A stretch of DNA of 64,000 bases from Tubiluchus corallicola. Taxonomy: Eukaryota > Animalia > Priapulida. Both the position numbers and the translations under genes were made by a program. The notes under the pieces were generated by a model. The model was not told where the DNA came from. It was given only the letters and a program-made list of their open reading frames with translations, and did not search any database. Every line of letters begins with the position of its first letter. Positions within the stretch are counted from its first letter, which is position 1. This document shows positions 26,801 through 39,566 of the stretch, one piece after another. The stretch covers positions 62,001-126,000 of the forward strand of contig JAQGDQ010000207.1 of NCBI GenBank assembly GCA_030141605.1, in the 5' to 3' direction.

Positions 26801-28505
26801 TTCTCTTTCATGAGTTTTACACCTATATTTCATACGTAATGCTTCATAAACACAAGCTAATAAGTAACTAGGCATTTCACATAGTCCAATAGTCCTACTT
26901 GATTCCCCCCCCCCCACCAAAAATGCATTTAAGAGTAGGTGGCCTATACAATTCAGCAGAAAATGTTAAAAATCTCTATGCATTAAGGCACAACTCTTTG
27001 TTAATCTAAAAATTGGAGGTTCATTTTAACAAACTACTAGAACGGCACTTTTAGTGACAGTGAATGAAACTTTCTACGATTGCGAAGCATTTGCAATGAC
27101 TATTTTTTACACTTGTTATAATTTTTATGGAGTTCGCAAAATTTCTTTAAGAACTACACAAGAAAGGGTCCGGACAAACAAATCCTGATAAACATTAGGA
27201 ACACGAAAGGCTTATGCTACGAGATAAACTATTAATATGTTCATATATTATACAAAATTGTATAACTCAAAATTTACACTAAATTTTGCACTATCTGTCA
27301 AGTAGATAAGTGACAACTTCTAGTTTGTACAGAAATATACAACCAACACCAATATAGTCTTATAATAAACAGCTGAACATAGAACTTACAAAGATTTTGA
27401 ATGGTGGTAAACTATTCTGTATTTCTTGAATAAAAGAGCAAGCTTCTTAAATAAAATCTTAATTAAAAGAAGAGAAAGAAGAATAGAAGTACAATGGGTG
27501 ATTAGAAGAATAACTATTAAGTAATAGTACCTCTACATAAATATTAATGTTTGCGTAATTAAAGAACACTTGTAAAAATGATAATTTTACATAAAGTGTA
27601 GACAAATCAGTTATTACATATAACATATTATATACATATAACATAATATACATATACAGCACATGCATTGATTTGTAGTAATTACAAAATTATTTTTAGT
27701 TTGTCAAGTGGCGATTTATTGTCGCCAAACTAAAAGAATGATTAAAAGCTCACTGTTCTTTAATTTCCGTAAATTGTTCTTCCATTTTCATCATATCAGT
27801 TTCGCTTGCATCGTCGGTCCCTGTAAATTTAAAAAATGCATTATATTTATAACATCACTAAATTACAGGACATATATGGTACATATGTGCACTTTAGAAA
27901 ACCCTCAACTTATATAAAGATTAAAAATATTTCTTGAGATTTATAGCACTTACATACTGCCTTTTTACATACAGGGCTTGCGTCTACAGTAATGCTGTAA
28001 AAAACGTGTAAATTTAAACTCCTGCGATATTGTAATATGAGGTGTATTAAGGAAATTATACATATAAGTTGATGTAATAATGTTAAAAATCTGCCTGATC
28101 ACTATGTGTAATAGACGTAAAACCAAAAGTAAAACTAAAAGGCAATAATATAGAACTGGATTTCTTTTTCTAATCATTATTAATTTAATAACGATACGAG
28201 ATAAAGGAGCAAAGCGAGTTTAGAATAAGATCAAAAAGGGCAATCCAGCATCACGATAGATTACCCCAAAATGCTTTCTAAAATCAGCAGCACTAACATA
28301 AGCCTAGCCAAAGCTACCATATGTACAATTCGCTTCACTACCACCAGCTAACTTAATCAACAATGACAAAAATCACTATACTCAAACGAAAAGTACCTGA
28401 GTCAGATCCCTTTTCCATGTGAAGTTCTTTTTCAGAAGGTTCACTTTCTTCGTCCTGAAATTCGTATTCGTCTTTAAAGCCGGGAAAGCTACTATGCATT
28501 GCCAT
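20860..28505 (-). CDS. SUDS3: Sin3 histone deacetylase corepressor complex component SDS3, 8 exons, about 306 aa
   Basis: Exons 28397-28505, 27754-27820, 26172-26319, 25233-25389, 24500-24694, 23643-23706, 21816-21900 and 20860-20955 total 921 nt. Diagnostic peptides: [89 protein letters not shown]. Confidence 0.95.
21001..21147. repeat. 51-bp tandem repeat, about 3 copies
   Basis: Unit ATAACAT.AATA.AATCACAGAACATACTCTTGTCATGTGAGATTTCATAT. Confidence 0.85.
23214..23630 (-). mobile_element. 5'-truncated LINE with a C-terminal CCHC-type knuckle (RTEX/Proto2-like)
   Basis: [37 protein letters not shown], followed by AATAAA and a (TTCTAA)n tail. Confidence 0.7.
23919..24340. mobile_element. MITE family A, copy 2
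   Basis: Same TIRs (CACTCATATCTTAGTTTGCCGGAC...GTCCGACAAAACGAGATATGAATG), TA flanks, and shared internal TTACCATGAGTCTAATAC. Confidence 0.75.
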
Positions 28506-28801
28506 GATTCTGGCTGGGATTTCTAACTACTCTACTCTACTCTAAATGGTCACGTGGCTTTTGTTATTGTTGTAGAGCACCCTCTAACAGCAATAGTTGG
28601 TCGCGTTTTGTAAAATTTAACTTATTAAATTGTGCTTTAGTTTCCTAAATTAACAAAAAATGCAAGAAGTACAAATTAAGAAATTTTGCTATACAAATCC
28701 AAACTATTTTTGTTTAACAAAAGTTGTTTTAAACTGTATTTTTAGTAGCTCAAAATTTGGCTTTTCGCTTGAATGCGTCTAGAACTGAATTTCCTGGTGT
28801 C
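28506..28801. promoter_or_regulatory. Putative bidirectional promoter between SUDS3 and DERL2
   Basis: The divergent start codons are only 296 bp apart. An E-box, GGTCACGTGG, lies at 28548-28557. Confidence 0.6.
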
Positions 28802-31800
28802 ATGGCAGCTTACCAAACATTGCAACATGAATATCTCAATATGCCACCCGTTACTAGAGCTTATACTACTGCTTGTGTATTCACTACATTGGCCGTGGTA
28901 AGAAACTCAAGTTTTGTATAAATACAGGATTTTGCCAAAATAAAATTTTGCAAACAGTTACTGTACCTTCTTCTGAAAATAAAATCTAGAGTCATGCAAA
29001 AATGTTAATTCATGTCGAGAGCTCTGCATTATAACGCATGCTAGAAGCATTAGATTCTGGTCTTTGATTGTAATAAATTTAAGCTTCTTCTTTTATTTCC
29101 AGCACTTGGAGATAGTGAGTCCATTTCAGTTGTATTTTAACCCAACGTTAATTTTCAAAAATTGGCAGGTGAGTGAATTTCAAAATTATTATACGAAAAA
29201 ATGCCCTATAAGTGTCGTGAATTACTGCATTAGCACGTGCGAGTGGTCACCGACATCGTGCTTGGTGAGGGAAGTTAAGTGATGCTTGTGGCTAGTCAGT
29301 GAACGGATTGGTGAACCAGTTTGACATTCACTCTGGTGGTTTCCTTCGCCATACTGATTCAGGCTGTTTATCTCGTTGTGCAATTAAGGATGTGTATATG
29401 CCTGAACATGACTAAGATGCCTGTGTTGGTTCGGTGTCTCATCTTTGAGGCATAGATTTCATAATGGACTAGACTCCAGCCTCATTGCAATCATAAAATT
29501 TGAGTAGGACCTGCCATTAAACCCTGGATTTTGGCTTTCAGAGTCTTTTTGAATTAGTATAAAAAAATCACTTTTACTGGACAGGACACTCTAAAACTCT
29601 CTTAAATAATGACTTTAGTTTGAAAGATTTTCTTGACACAAATGGGAATTTGTGTACTCAAAGACAAATATTTGATTCATACACAGATATGTATACGTAG
29701 ATGCTGTAACCTTATTTATTTTAATACAAATCTAACTTACTATAAGATATATTGTTCATATTGTGTTTTAGTAGAAGGTTTAAGCTGCAGCTCCCTGTGT
29801 GTAGGAATTTGTTACATTTTACGTCACTATTTTATCATTTGAATAAAAAATCTCGCAATTAAGGAAAGGAAGAGGAAAAAGCGGAACGTTTTAAACTGCC
29901 ATTGTAATTCGTCTTCAGATGTTAGTTTCTGTTTGTTTCACTCTCTGCTTTGTGACTGGTTAGTGATTTTATATTTCTGTATTTCTCCCTTGAATTTTCA
30001 TCTGCTGTGCTTCTGTGTAATTGTATTCTTTTTATGTGTTTATAATATAGACAAAAAAATACCCACAAAATTTTGTTTAAATTCATTTTTTGTGATTTTT
30101 TTTTCTTTTTTGCCTTTTCATGTGATGAAAGATGAACTGCAGTAGTAGTTTGAGACATTGCATCTTTTCTTTCTTTTTCCTTGTTTTTTAATTTTGGGAT
30201 TTTTTTTAATCATTGTGACTATACTTGTCATAAGAATTTAATAGATGTTCAGCCATTAGCCTTTTCTTGAAAGTAACAGTCATCATCATCTCTTGAGTGA
30301 CATATCATTTGACATGACCCTCCTGATCACTTTATTCCATGCTGCCCTGTCACCCGCAACCTCCCATGTCTCTGTATTTTTGGTATCTAATGGTATGTTG
30401 ATAAAACCTTTTTGGATGAAATTGATGTAAGTCAGCAGCTGCCCTCCTTGTGATTTCTTTTCTGTAGTGTTTACAGGTGCTGACAAACCACTGGCTTTAA
30501 ACTTTCTATAAGTTTTGAAGCCTGCAGTCTAAATGCTGGTCATTTTATGGCTATGCGTCTTGGTAAGATAACAGTGTTAAAAGTGCAGTCCCAAAACTTG
30601 TGATGTCTTGATTTAGAATAAATTAACGCTTGGTTCACCATTGAGAATGTTCACTTTGGTCTTTTTTTACAGATATGGCGATTGGTGACCAACTTCCTGT
30701 TTTTCGGATCGATCGGTTTCAACTTTGTGTTCAACATGATCTTCACCTATCGTTATTGTCGTATGTTGGAGGAGGGGTCATTCAGAGGTCGAACTGCTGA
30801 TTTCGTTTTCATGTTCTTGTTTGGCGGTTTCATTATGATTGCATCCTTTTAAGTGAAAGTCAAATTGTTTTTATATCTTAAGCCATCTTATGTCTTGAAG
30901 TATATATATATATATTGGGTAGGTATAATATACTCGGGTCCCAGGTACTTACACACTAACACAGTAGCCTATTGATTTATTACTCGGCCATTGTTGACAT
31001 CATTTACTCTGGAAGATCTTTATATTTTATGGTAGACTTGTACACAGGTAATATATACAATGATGCAATTTTAGGTCTTAAAATGCACATCGATTTATAC
31101 ATAAGGTTGACTTGTACACTCGTATATATAGTAATCAAACACTGATTTGTGTAGCAGGTATAATGTGTGTAAAAGCCTTTCAGTGAGTAGATACGTCATT
31201 TATAAGTTTAACAGGCACACGATTACAAGATGTGTTAGTTATGCATTAAGTAAGAGTGAGATTGAGAAAGTTGTGTAACTGGTTATTTGAATAGGGAGTG
31301 ACAAGTTGGTTATGATGTGTTTGATGTTGATGTTAAGCAACAAAAATAGAATGAGTGATGATGAAGCTGATGAAAGAAAGATGAAATTGTTGGGGTCACC
31401 GGAACACAAAAGTATAAAGAATTTGCCCTTTAAGGTAAAATTCAAAGGTTATTAGTGTACTATAGATTTAATTTTGTTAATTAAAGTGCCCACTTTGTAT
31501 GATAAATGAAATGACAGCAGATACTATAGCATTGTTAGAATCAGGAGACCATGAGATATTACCGCATAGTAGTATTTGGATATTATTCCGAGTGAGTGCG
31601 TTTATAGGATAGATATACTGGGCATGGATTTGCTGGTAAACTGGACAGTGTTAAAGAGTATATCAAGAATATTATTGATATTAATGTACAGTCAACCTCG
31701 GGTATAAGGTCCTCGCTTATAAGGGACCACCAACACCGGTCCGGATTTTTCGTAACGTTTTTCCTGTGTAAAAATCTTCGTTTATAAGGTACTCGGATAT

Positions 31801-34762
31801 AAGGGACTTTCGGTTATAAGGAATGATATCTTCAGGTCCCGCGTAATATAAACTCAGGTATATTACCTCGCATATAAGGGACCCTATGATCAAAGTGAAA
31901 TTGATTGCTTTTTAACCTCAATTTTTTGCAAACTCGGCCTTCGAACAGCTCGGTTTCCGCGGTCACATACATCTCGCATCACTGAAGGAGCTTCCTACAT
32001 ACCGTTTGCACTGAATGTGTAGCAATAATCCATAAAAGTATGGGTAAAAGTACAGAAGAGTACAGGTCTAGATACACTCTTGGTTTGACTCAACTTTGGC
32101 TAAAAAAGACATCGGATATGAGGGACGGTATTTTCTGGTGCCGAAGTGTCCGTTATATCTGAGGTTGACTGTACTTCTAACATTTGTAGGCAAAAGATAA
32201 CAACAGATAAATTTATGTTTGTTTTAAAAATTTATACGTTTTATCGTGATTGTCCTTAACCATGAATCTCGTGTAGATGATTTCGTTTTTTGTCAAAGTT
32301 GTCTTTCTTGGCCAAGCTTTTACAATAATGCTCGTTTACATTTGGAGTCGACGGAATCCGTATGTGCGCTTGAACTTTTTCGGTCTCATGAACTTCCACG
32401 CTCCAATGTTGCCGTGGGTTCTGCTGGGATTGTCTGCTATTATAGGAAATTCACTGCTAATAGATCTGATTGGTAAGAGTTTAACACACGTTGGAAAATT
32501 GTTGTTTAAAAATTAATCTACTGTGAGAAGTTGTGCTTGACAAATGTCTAATCAGGGGTAAATAGCCGAGTGGTGTCGTGCGTATGCTTCTCAGTAAATG
32601 CACTGTGACGGCTTGAGTTCGTTGCTCACTCAGAGTGATTTTATTTGCCATATTGAATGTGGGTATTGAGAGAGGGTATTATAACTGAACACGGCTAACG
32701 CACTTCTGCTGGTTCAGTGACTCATCTTGATGATGATGAGTTTTTCGTCATGCACTGAGGGCCAAAGTATTGCTAATGTAAAAATATTGAGCAAAATTGT
32801 GACTGTTTTAACAAACTGTACATGATTTTGTGTGACTTAACTTTTGTTCAAATCTTTTGACTATTTTACTTTCAGGAATAGCCGTAGGCCATTGTTATTA
32901 TTTCTTGGAAGACGTTTTTCCGAACCAGCCTGGAGGAATGCGGTGTTTACAAACTCCGGAATGTTTGTATGTTTTTTACGATTATTATAAGAAAACGATT
33001 GCTAAAATATCTGTGATTTGTTTGTTTAGTTAGGCTACTATGCTATAAGAATAGTAGGTAAGAATTTGGTGGAGCAGCACATGAGAACTTTCTGTGCGAA
33101 GTGCTTACGAAGGTAGGATCTCCGATTTTCCGTTTCAAAATTGACCAAATTCCCTCAGAGAATCGTCAATTCTGTTTCAATTCACCTTTTTGGGGTTTAG
33201 AAGCTGCATGGCCCTGTAACTAACATTTATCATCAAATTATGTCATGTGAGATTGTAATTAAAAAATAATTTTTTATATATGTATGTAGTCAATCAGGTA
33301 TTTGTATTGGGCTAAGTTAAAATAAGAATTTACACACAAAAGTTACAGAACAATATCCTATCATTCGTACAAATCATCAGGAGGTTACCTGGCTAGCTGT
33401 CACACGCATAACATCGTCAGATCATGTTTGTGTGAACAGGGGAAACCTTTCCACAAACACACTGCTATTCACTAAAGAATCTCGAACTAAAGAATTTCCC
33501 ATATTTCTCGGGACAACTGCAAAAACAAACTGAAAGTAGGAACGCGAGTTGCATATAAAATAAAACTCGGAGAAGAACTTCTATTAAGCTCGCGAAAAGC
33601 TGAAAAACTGCTTAGTTTTGCCGGAAAGTAACAAGTGAAGCAAATTTCGTCTCTAGTATGCACTAAATTTGCACAAAAGTCGAAAATCAGGTCAATTCCG
33701 TTTTTTATAGCTGTTTCCGTCATCCATTTCCATTAATTCCGTCTGTTTTTCGCGATCGCAGAAAATCGGAGGCCCTACGAAGTTAACATTTATGTTTTCA
33801 GTGAATACAAGTTAAAAGAAAGTTTTTGCATTGTTAGCGTTTCTATAGTTTGATTGGAGAGCAGGACTAGGTTGATTTAGATTTTTTTTGTGCGTGTAAA
33901 TTGTTTTTATTGTGTTTTAGTAGATGTAGGCCTGGGTAACGTTTGCTTTGATTTGATACAATAGACACCATGATACTTGATTTTTATTTTGATACATATG
34001 TCGAATCAGTTTATTACTATTCATAATTGCTGACGATGATATGAGTCTACACGACTTCTAATACAGGAACGTCTGCACTTTAATGATTAGAGTTGCCAAC
34101 AGTAGAATTTCTATCATGTTGAGTTATATTCAGTTGATACTTTGATTTGCGGCGATTCCTTGTCGGACCCAAAAATTTCAGAAATTTTGCTGAACTTTGT
34201 TACGAAATTTCCCCGAAAACTTCAAAAATTTAGGCTTAATCACAAGTTTATTAAAAAAATTTATGGAAAAATAATGTAACAGTACAAAAATGGAAAATTG
34301 GATGAAAAAACTGATAAAACAATATATTGAATCTTGGCCTAATAATATTCTCTTGTATGTATTCCCTTGGACTATGGTCGGGTCTTGTGAATGTAATGAT
34401 GTGGGCAACTAGATGAAAATATAAAAAAGAAAGTTGCTCAAGCAAAATTGATCAATTTTTAACCTCATTTTTTTGCAAACTCGGCCTTCGAACACTCGGT
34501 GTCCGTGACTCAACTGCGGCTATAAGGGACAACGGATAAAAGGGCCAGTCCTGAGGTGTGCCTTATATACGAGGTTGACTGTATATCATTTGAATTATTT
34601 GCTATAATAATTAGCAGTTGCACTCATTTCCAATGCCTAAATTATTTTAGTTGACCTTTAAAATTGCTGCATCTTTGTTTTAGCAAAAAGCTGTTCGATT
34701 CCGAAAGAGAAGATCCGAATTATGAACAGTTACACGAGGAGTATGAACCTGCACCTCTTTAA
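28802..34762 (+). CDS. DERL2: Derlin-2 (ERAD rhomboid pseudoprotease), 6 exons, about 231 aa
   Basis: Exons 28802-28897, 29103-29168, 30673-30840, 32277-32472, 32876-32966 and 34684-34762 total 696 nt. Peptides: [95 protein letters not shown]. Confidence 0.95.
30841..32276 (+). other. U12-type (minor spliceosome) intron of Derlin-2 with GC-AG termini
   Basis: The 5' end GCATCCTTTT compares with the U12 consensus RTATCCTTT. Branch site TCCTTAAC lies at 32253-32260, 16 nt before the end of the AG acceptor, with no polypyrimidine tract. The splice gives a gap-free Derlin-2 peptide. Confidence 0.85.
31689..32171. mobile_element. pogo/Tigger-type MITE, family B, copy 1
   Basis: TIRs CAGTCAACCTC / GAGGTTGACTG, TA flanks and TATAAGG sub-terminal repeats. 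Related copies at 63123 and (partial) 34445. Confidence 0.85.
33113..33778. mobile_element. Putative MITE
   Basis: Imperfect TIRs GTAGGATCTCCGATTTTC / GAAAATCGGAGGCCCTAC. Confidence 0.5.
34445..34581. mobile_element. MITE family B, 3' fragment
   Basis: TTTTTAACCTCA...GCAAACTCGGCCTTCGAAC...GAGGTTGACTG-TA. Confidence 0.7.
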
Positions 34763-35399
34763 TGATTTCCTCCACAAGAGATTATTTATTTCAAGGATGT
34801 CATTCCTTTGTTGTTTTAGTTTAGTAGACTACATTAACTTATATTGTACATAGTTATTATGGATCATTCTGTATATGTTGTTAAGCGCATCAGTCATTTC
34901 TTTGTGCTCAAATACTTGTAAAGCTAAGTTCACATTCGCTGTAAAGCATAGTGTTATATATATTTGCATTACAAAACTCAACTTTTTTCGTTTTAGTAAC
35001 GATAAATTTCAGTGCCACATTTTTATATTTTTGTGTGGAACTCCAGTGACATCTATTGAGAAAATGTGTAAGAAATGCTGCTGGAAAAATTTCTCTATTC
35101 GTTGAAAGTGGGGCATTTTTTGGATGAAAAGTTATATTAGAATTATCTATGAAAAATGGCTGTCAGGATGTGAATTGGATGTAACTCTCAAAAGAACTTA
35201 AGTAATGATTCTGTTTTAAAATAGTGCAATTGATGATCATTTTTACTTCTGTGATGTATTATATTGTAAGGCACTATTACCTACGTTTTTCAAACTCATA
35301 CGATGGGCATAATACAAACTGGAAGACTCATTATTATTCCAACTCACTTTTTTGGCAGATTGCCATTATACAATATGCTGTTAACAGGCCGAATGGCCA

Positions 35400-36321
35400 T
35401 ACAGTATAGCTCGGTTAGTATGATTAAGAGTTTTTTTGTTGCATTTGGCTGGTGGTTGAGATGAAATATTTGGATAAAGTTGTTTCTAAAGGTACAGTAT
35501 AGCTCGGTTAGTATGATTAAGTCTTTTTTCTTGCATTTGGCTGGTGGTTGAGATGAAATATTTGGATAAGATTGTTTCTAAAGGTACAGTATAGCTCGGT
35601 TAGTATGATTAAGTCTTTTTTTGTTGCATTTGGCTGGTGGCTGAGATGAAATATTTGGATAAGGTTGTTTCTAAAGGTACAGTATAGCTCGGTTAGTATG
35701 ATTAAGTCTTTTTTGGTTGCATTTGGCTGGTGGCTGAGATGAAATATTTGGATAAGGTTGTTTCTAAAGGTACAGTATAGCTCGGTTAGTATGATTAAGT
35801 CTTTTTTCTTGCATTTGGCTGGTGGTTGAGATGAAATATTTGGATAAGGTTGTTTCTAAAGGTACAGTATAGCTCGGTTAGTATGATTAAGTCTTTTTTG
35901 GTTGCATTTGGCTGGTGGCTGAGATGAAATATTTGGATAAGGTTGTTTCTAAAGGTACAGTATAGCTCGGTTAGTATGATTAAGTCTTTTTTCTTGCATT
36001 TGGCTGGTGGTTGAGATGAAATATTTGGATAAGGTTGTTTCTAAAGGTACAGTATAGCTCGGTTAGTATGATTAAGTCTTTTTTTGTTGCATTTGGCTGG
36101 TGGCTGAGATGAAATAATTGGATAAGGTTGTTTCTAAAGGTACAGTATAGCTCGGTTGATATTATTAATGTGTTTTTTGTTGCATTTCGCTGGTGGTTGA
36201 GATGAAATATTTGGATAAGGTTGTTTCTAAAGGTACAGTATAGCTCGGTTGATATTATTAATGTGTTTTTTGTTGCATTTCGCTGGTGGTTGAGATGAAA
36301 TAATTGGGTGCCCTAAAGGTA
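35400..36321. repeat. Minisatellite, 92-93 bp unit, 10 copies
   Basis: Units start TACAGTATAGCTCGGTT at 35400, 35493, 35585, 35678, 35771, 35863, 35956, 36048, 36141 and 36234. Confidence 0.97.
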
Positions 36322-36679
36322 TTCTTCTATTCTTCCCAATTTCATCCATTTGTATTAGTATCTTAAAAACTGCACCAAAACTTGTGCTAAAGCACACTTT
36401 TATTTTAGAGATTTTGTCAAATGTATCAAACTTGAATAATTTGGCAAAAGCCATCAAAAAGATGTGTTACAGAGAAAAACAAACAGAATGAAGGGTAGTG
36501 CAGTTTCGTAGAATTTCTAACAAACGTTGTGGTATTGTGCTTATTTTTTTTGTTACATGCTATTATGCTGCAGAATAAATTCTGATATTTTTGTAAACGT
36601 TATTGTTTGCAACTTCAAGATTACACATTTACACGAGCACTGGACCAGCTGCATATATGTACTTTGATACCTTTTCTCA

Positions 36680-37045
36680 ATTGTCGAACTTCACAAATAG
36701 TTTACGCATACTTGTGTGTCTAATCAAGAAGTAGTTCAATTTTCAAGTACGTATGTTTGAAAACCTCGAACATTTTCGTGATTCTTGAACCCATACCTTG
36801 TTAGTTTAAGTTATGGGTAAAAAAGTTTAAGTATGTTTAATAGTAACTTAAACTCAAAGTTTAATACTCAAGTTTAAGTTAAGTATGGCTAACTTAAACT
36901 AAGGCATGTAACTTAAACAAACATCGTGAGACAAGCCCTGGGTTTAAAAATCGCGAAAATGCACGAGGTTTTTCAATGTGGTTGAAAATCGAAGTACTTC
37001 TTGATTAAATGCTCAAGTATTTAAACTATTTGTGAAGTTTGACAA
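36680..37045. repeat. Foldback or palindromic element with arms of about 115 bp
   Basis: GTCGAACTTCACAAATAGTTTA...TAATCAAGAAGTA...AAAACCTCG is mirrored by CGAGGTTTT...TACTTCTTGATTA...TAAACTATTTGTGAAGTTTGAC. Confidence 0.75.
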
Positions 37046-39566
37046 TTACCTTGAAATGTATTTTTTTGTTGTCATTGAAATAATTATTATATATACAACA
37101 CAGACTGCCAAACATTCGTCTCAAAGTTTATTTCACATTTTTACAAAACAAGGAGACAATCTTTCTCCGCAAATATCAACGACATCACAGCTAGCTAGTA
37201 TACCAGAATCAAGCCTTTTGTGCAATAGTTCTCATTTATTTGGTAACCTTCTAAACTGCTATTATTGATTGGCGTGCTTTGATACAAAACCCTGTATTAA
37301 CGGAGTCAAAGTAATTGGCGTTTAAATGACACACTAGGCAAATGGGTGCAAGAAATGAAACTAGATTTTGGAATAATTTTTCCACTCCAAACCTCAGATG
37401 CAGAAGACAGTAAGCTCCGCATAACTGAAAATTACATAGCTCAAAGAATTTCAGTGAAAAAGATGAAATCCTTCGTTTTTCTCGTAAAAAAACATGACTT
37501 AACTCAAAATGTCGCCCAACTCAAAACTAAACACAAACCGAATTGCAGTTCATGAGACACTGATACCACCATAACACCATTGTCGTATTGTTTAATAGTG
37601 TTGTGTATGTGTCCTTTTGTAACTTAAAAAAAGTCATGTTTCCCTATATAATTTGTCATCAAAACTCCGCATTTATGTATAGAAGGGTTGACTTTCTGCC
37701 TTCTATTTGCTTGCCATCTGGAGGAGAGGTTTAGACTTATCAGAGTTTCTATGCTCGAAAATGGTCAACATTGGATATAACCCAAAATATCGCCTAGCTC
37801 ACAGTTTTTTCGGTCTGATTGGATTTGAGTTATGCGGAGCTCACTGTACCACGTTACAAAAAGCATGTTTCAAATAACATTTCAAATCAATTAATGAATC
37901 AATGTAGTACGAGAAGAAACAATGTTGGGAATACAATGATACAATGATCAGTTACGAAAATAACAATGCAAAAGCACAATATCATTGAGCAACAAGCACT
38001 AGTTGAAAATACCACAGTTTCGCAATCTGTATTCTGTTTACGAAGTACTAATCAGGCTATTCAAAATTTTCAGCATACATACAGCAAATGAAAATAAATT
38101 GGTTTGACATTTGGGAATATAACGTATGTTGAAATTAGAAAGCACACGTCGTGTAACATCTGGATGATAAGTTGTTTCTATCTTCAAACAAAGTTTCAGC
38201 ACAATAAACAATAAAATAATCAATGAAAAGAAAAACCTAATATCTAGTACTGGATCTAATATTTACAAAAATTAAAATAGGAAAAAAACAGTCCTCTTCA
38301 AATGGAAACTAAATTCGATTTACGTTTTAATTTAACACTATTTTCGCTACGGAAATTATTAACTACATATGTACAGAAAATAAAAAAAAACAGGCGTTTA
38401 CAGGAAAAATGCATTTAGATATCATTCTTCCATATTTGGCCGAAATCGAATGCAGTTCGTTACTGCCACCTAGTGAGAAATTTACTTACGTACAAAAAAG
38501 TTTCCCACATTTGAAGTTAACAGGTGAACGTCCCAATACCTGATTAGAATCAAGTGCAATCAAAGCAGGCTACACGATGAGATATTTTTCTAATTTTGCA
38601 ATTCAGATATATAAGCATTCATTTACTGTTTAGTCGTACATGTAAGTAGAAAATTCAGCATTTGAAGTTGTAGGTATATCAAACATGTCTTACATGCATA
38701 CTGGCTAAGAATGTATAAGAGGGATTTCCATGTGGACTTGTGTGTAATCCATCAAAGATGCAATAGTTTCTGTCAATTCACCAATAATTTTAGTTGAATA
38801 CTGCAAACAGGGGCAATGCTAATATAATATGCATAACGTGGAGACATCTAGTGACAAGAGACACAGCCATTATGAACCGGTTGTCCTTTAAAAATCAGAA
38901 AAGTAAACATAATTGTAATTGTAGTCCTGGGGGAGGGGTGTCAATCTGGGGTGAGCATTGAACGTTCAGGTTTGATTCGAACAAGTTTTAGTTTGAATTT
39001 GATTCGAAACTAAAATCACGAATTTGAATAATTCAATACTACAACTACATACGTTTTTTATCATTAAAATATTTGAAACATCGACCAATCAGTACAGTTT
39101 AGCTGCGATTTCTATGCACAATGTTTAAACAATGATTAGTGTTTTACTGCAGAACAAAATTAAGTAATATGCATGATGTTTTCGAGACCACTTTTTATTA
39201 ATGAATCAAACGTCGATACGAAAAGCATTAAAACTGAATACAGATTTGCTTTTTCCGTTGAGAATGCTCGCCCTGGTGCCAGTATTGCACCGAAAGTTTT
39301 TAAACTGGTCACTCTTTACACATCTAGGAGGTTTGATACCTTTACTTTTGAGAAATTGAGAAAGCTGAGACTACTAAAGCGACACGCGACTGCATGGATG
39401 AAATAGCATCAATTACGTCTAAATTCGGAGTAATTTGTGACCAAAATCAATGAACCTAAATTTCTTCAAAGAAGACAACAAATGCAAAAAATGGAAAATA
39501 AAACTGATTGCATTTTACTACGTATAAACTCTTGCAAAAACAAAATATGTCGTAAGTTTTCACATA

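Noticed and set aside
30827-30858. Canonical GT donors for Derlin-2 intron 3
   Set aside because: The upstream GT is out of phase with the acceptor, and the downstream GT lies after an in-frame TAA.
35400-36321. CRISPR-like array or repeat-protein gene
   Set aside because: It is a pure tandem repeat with no spacers and no long ORF.
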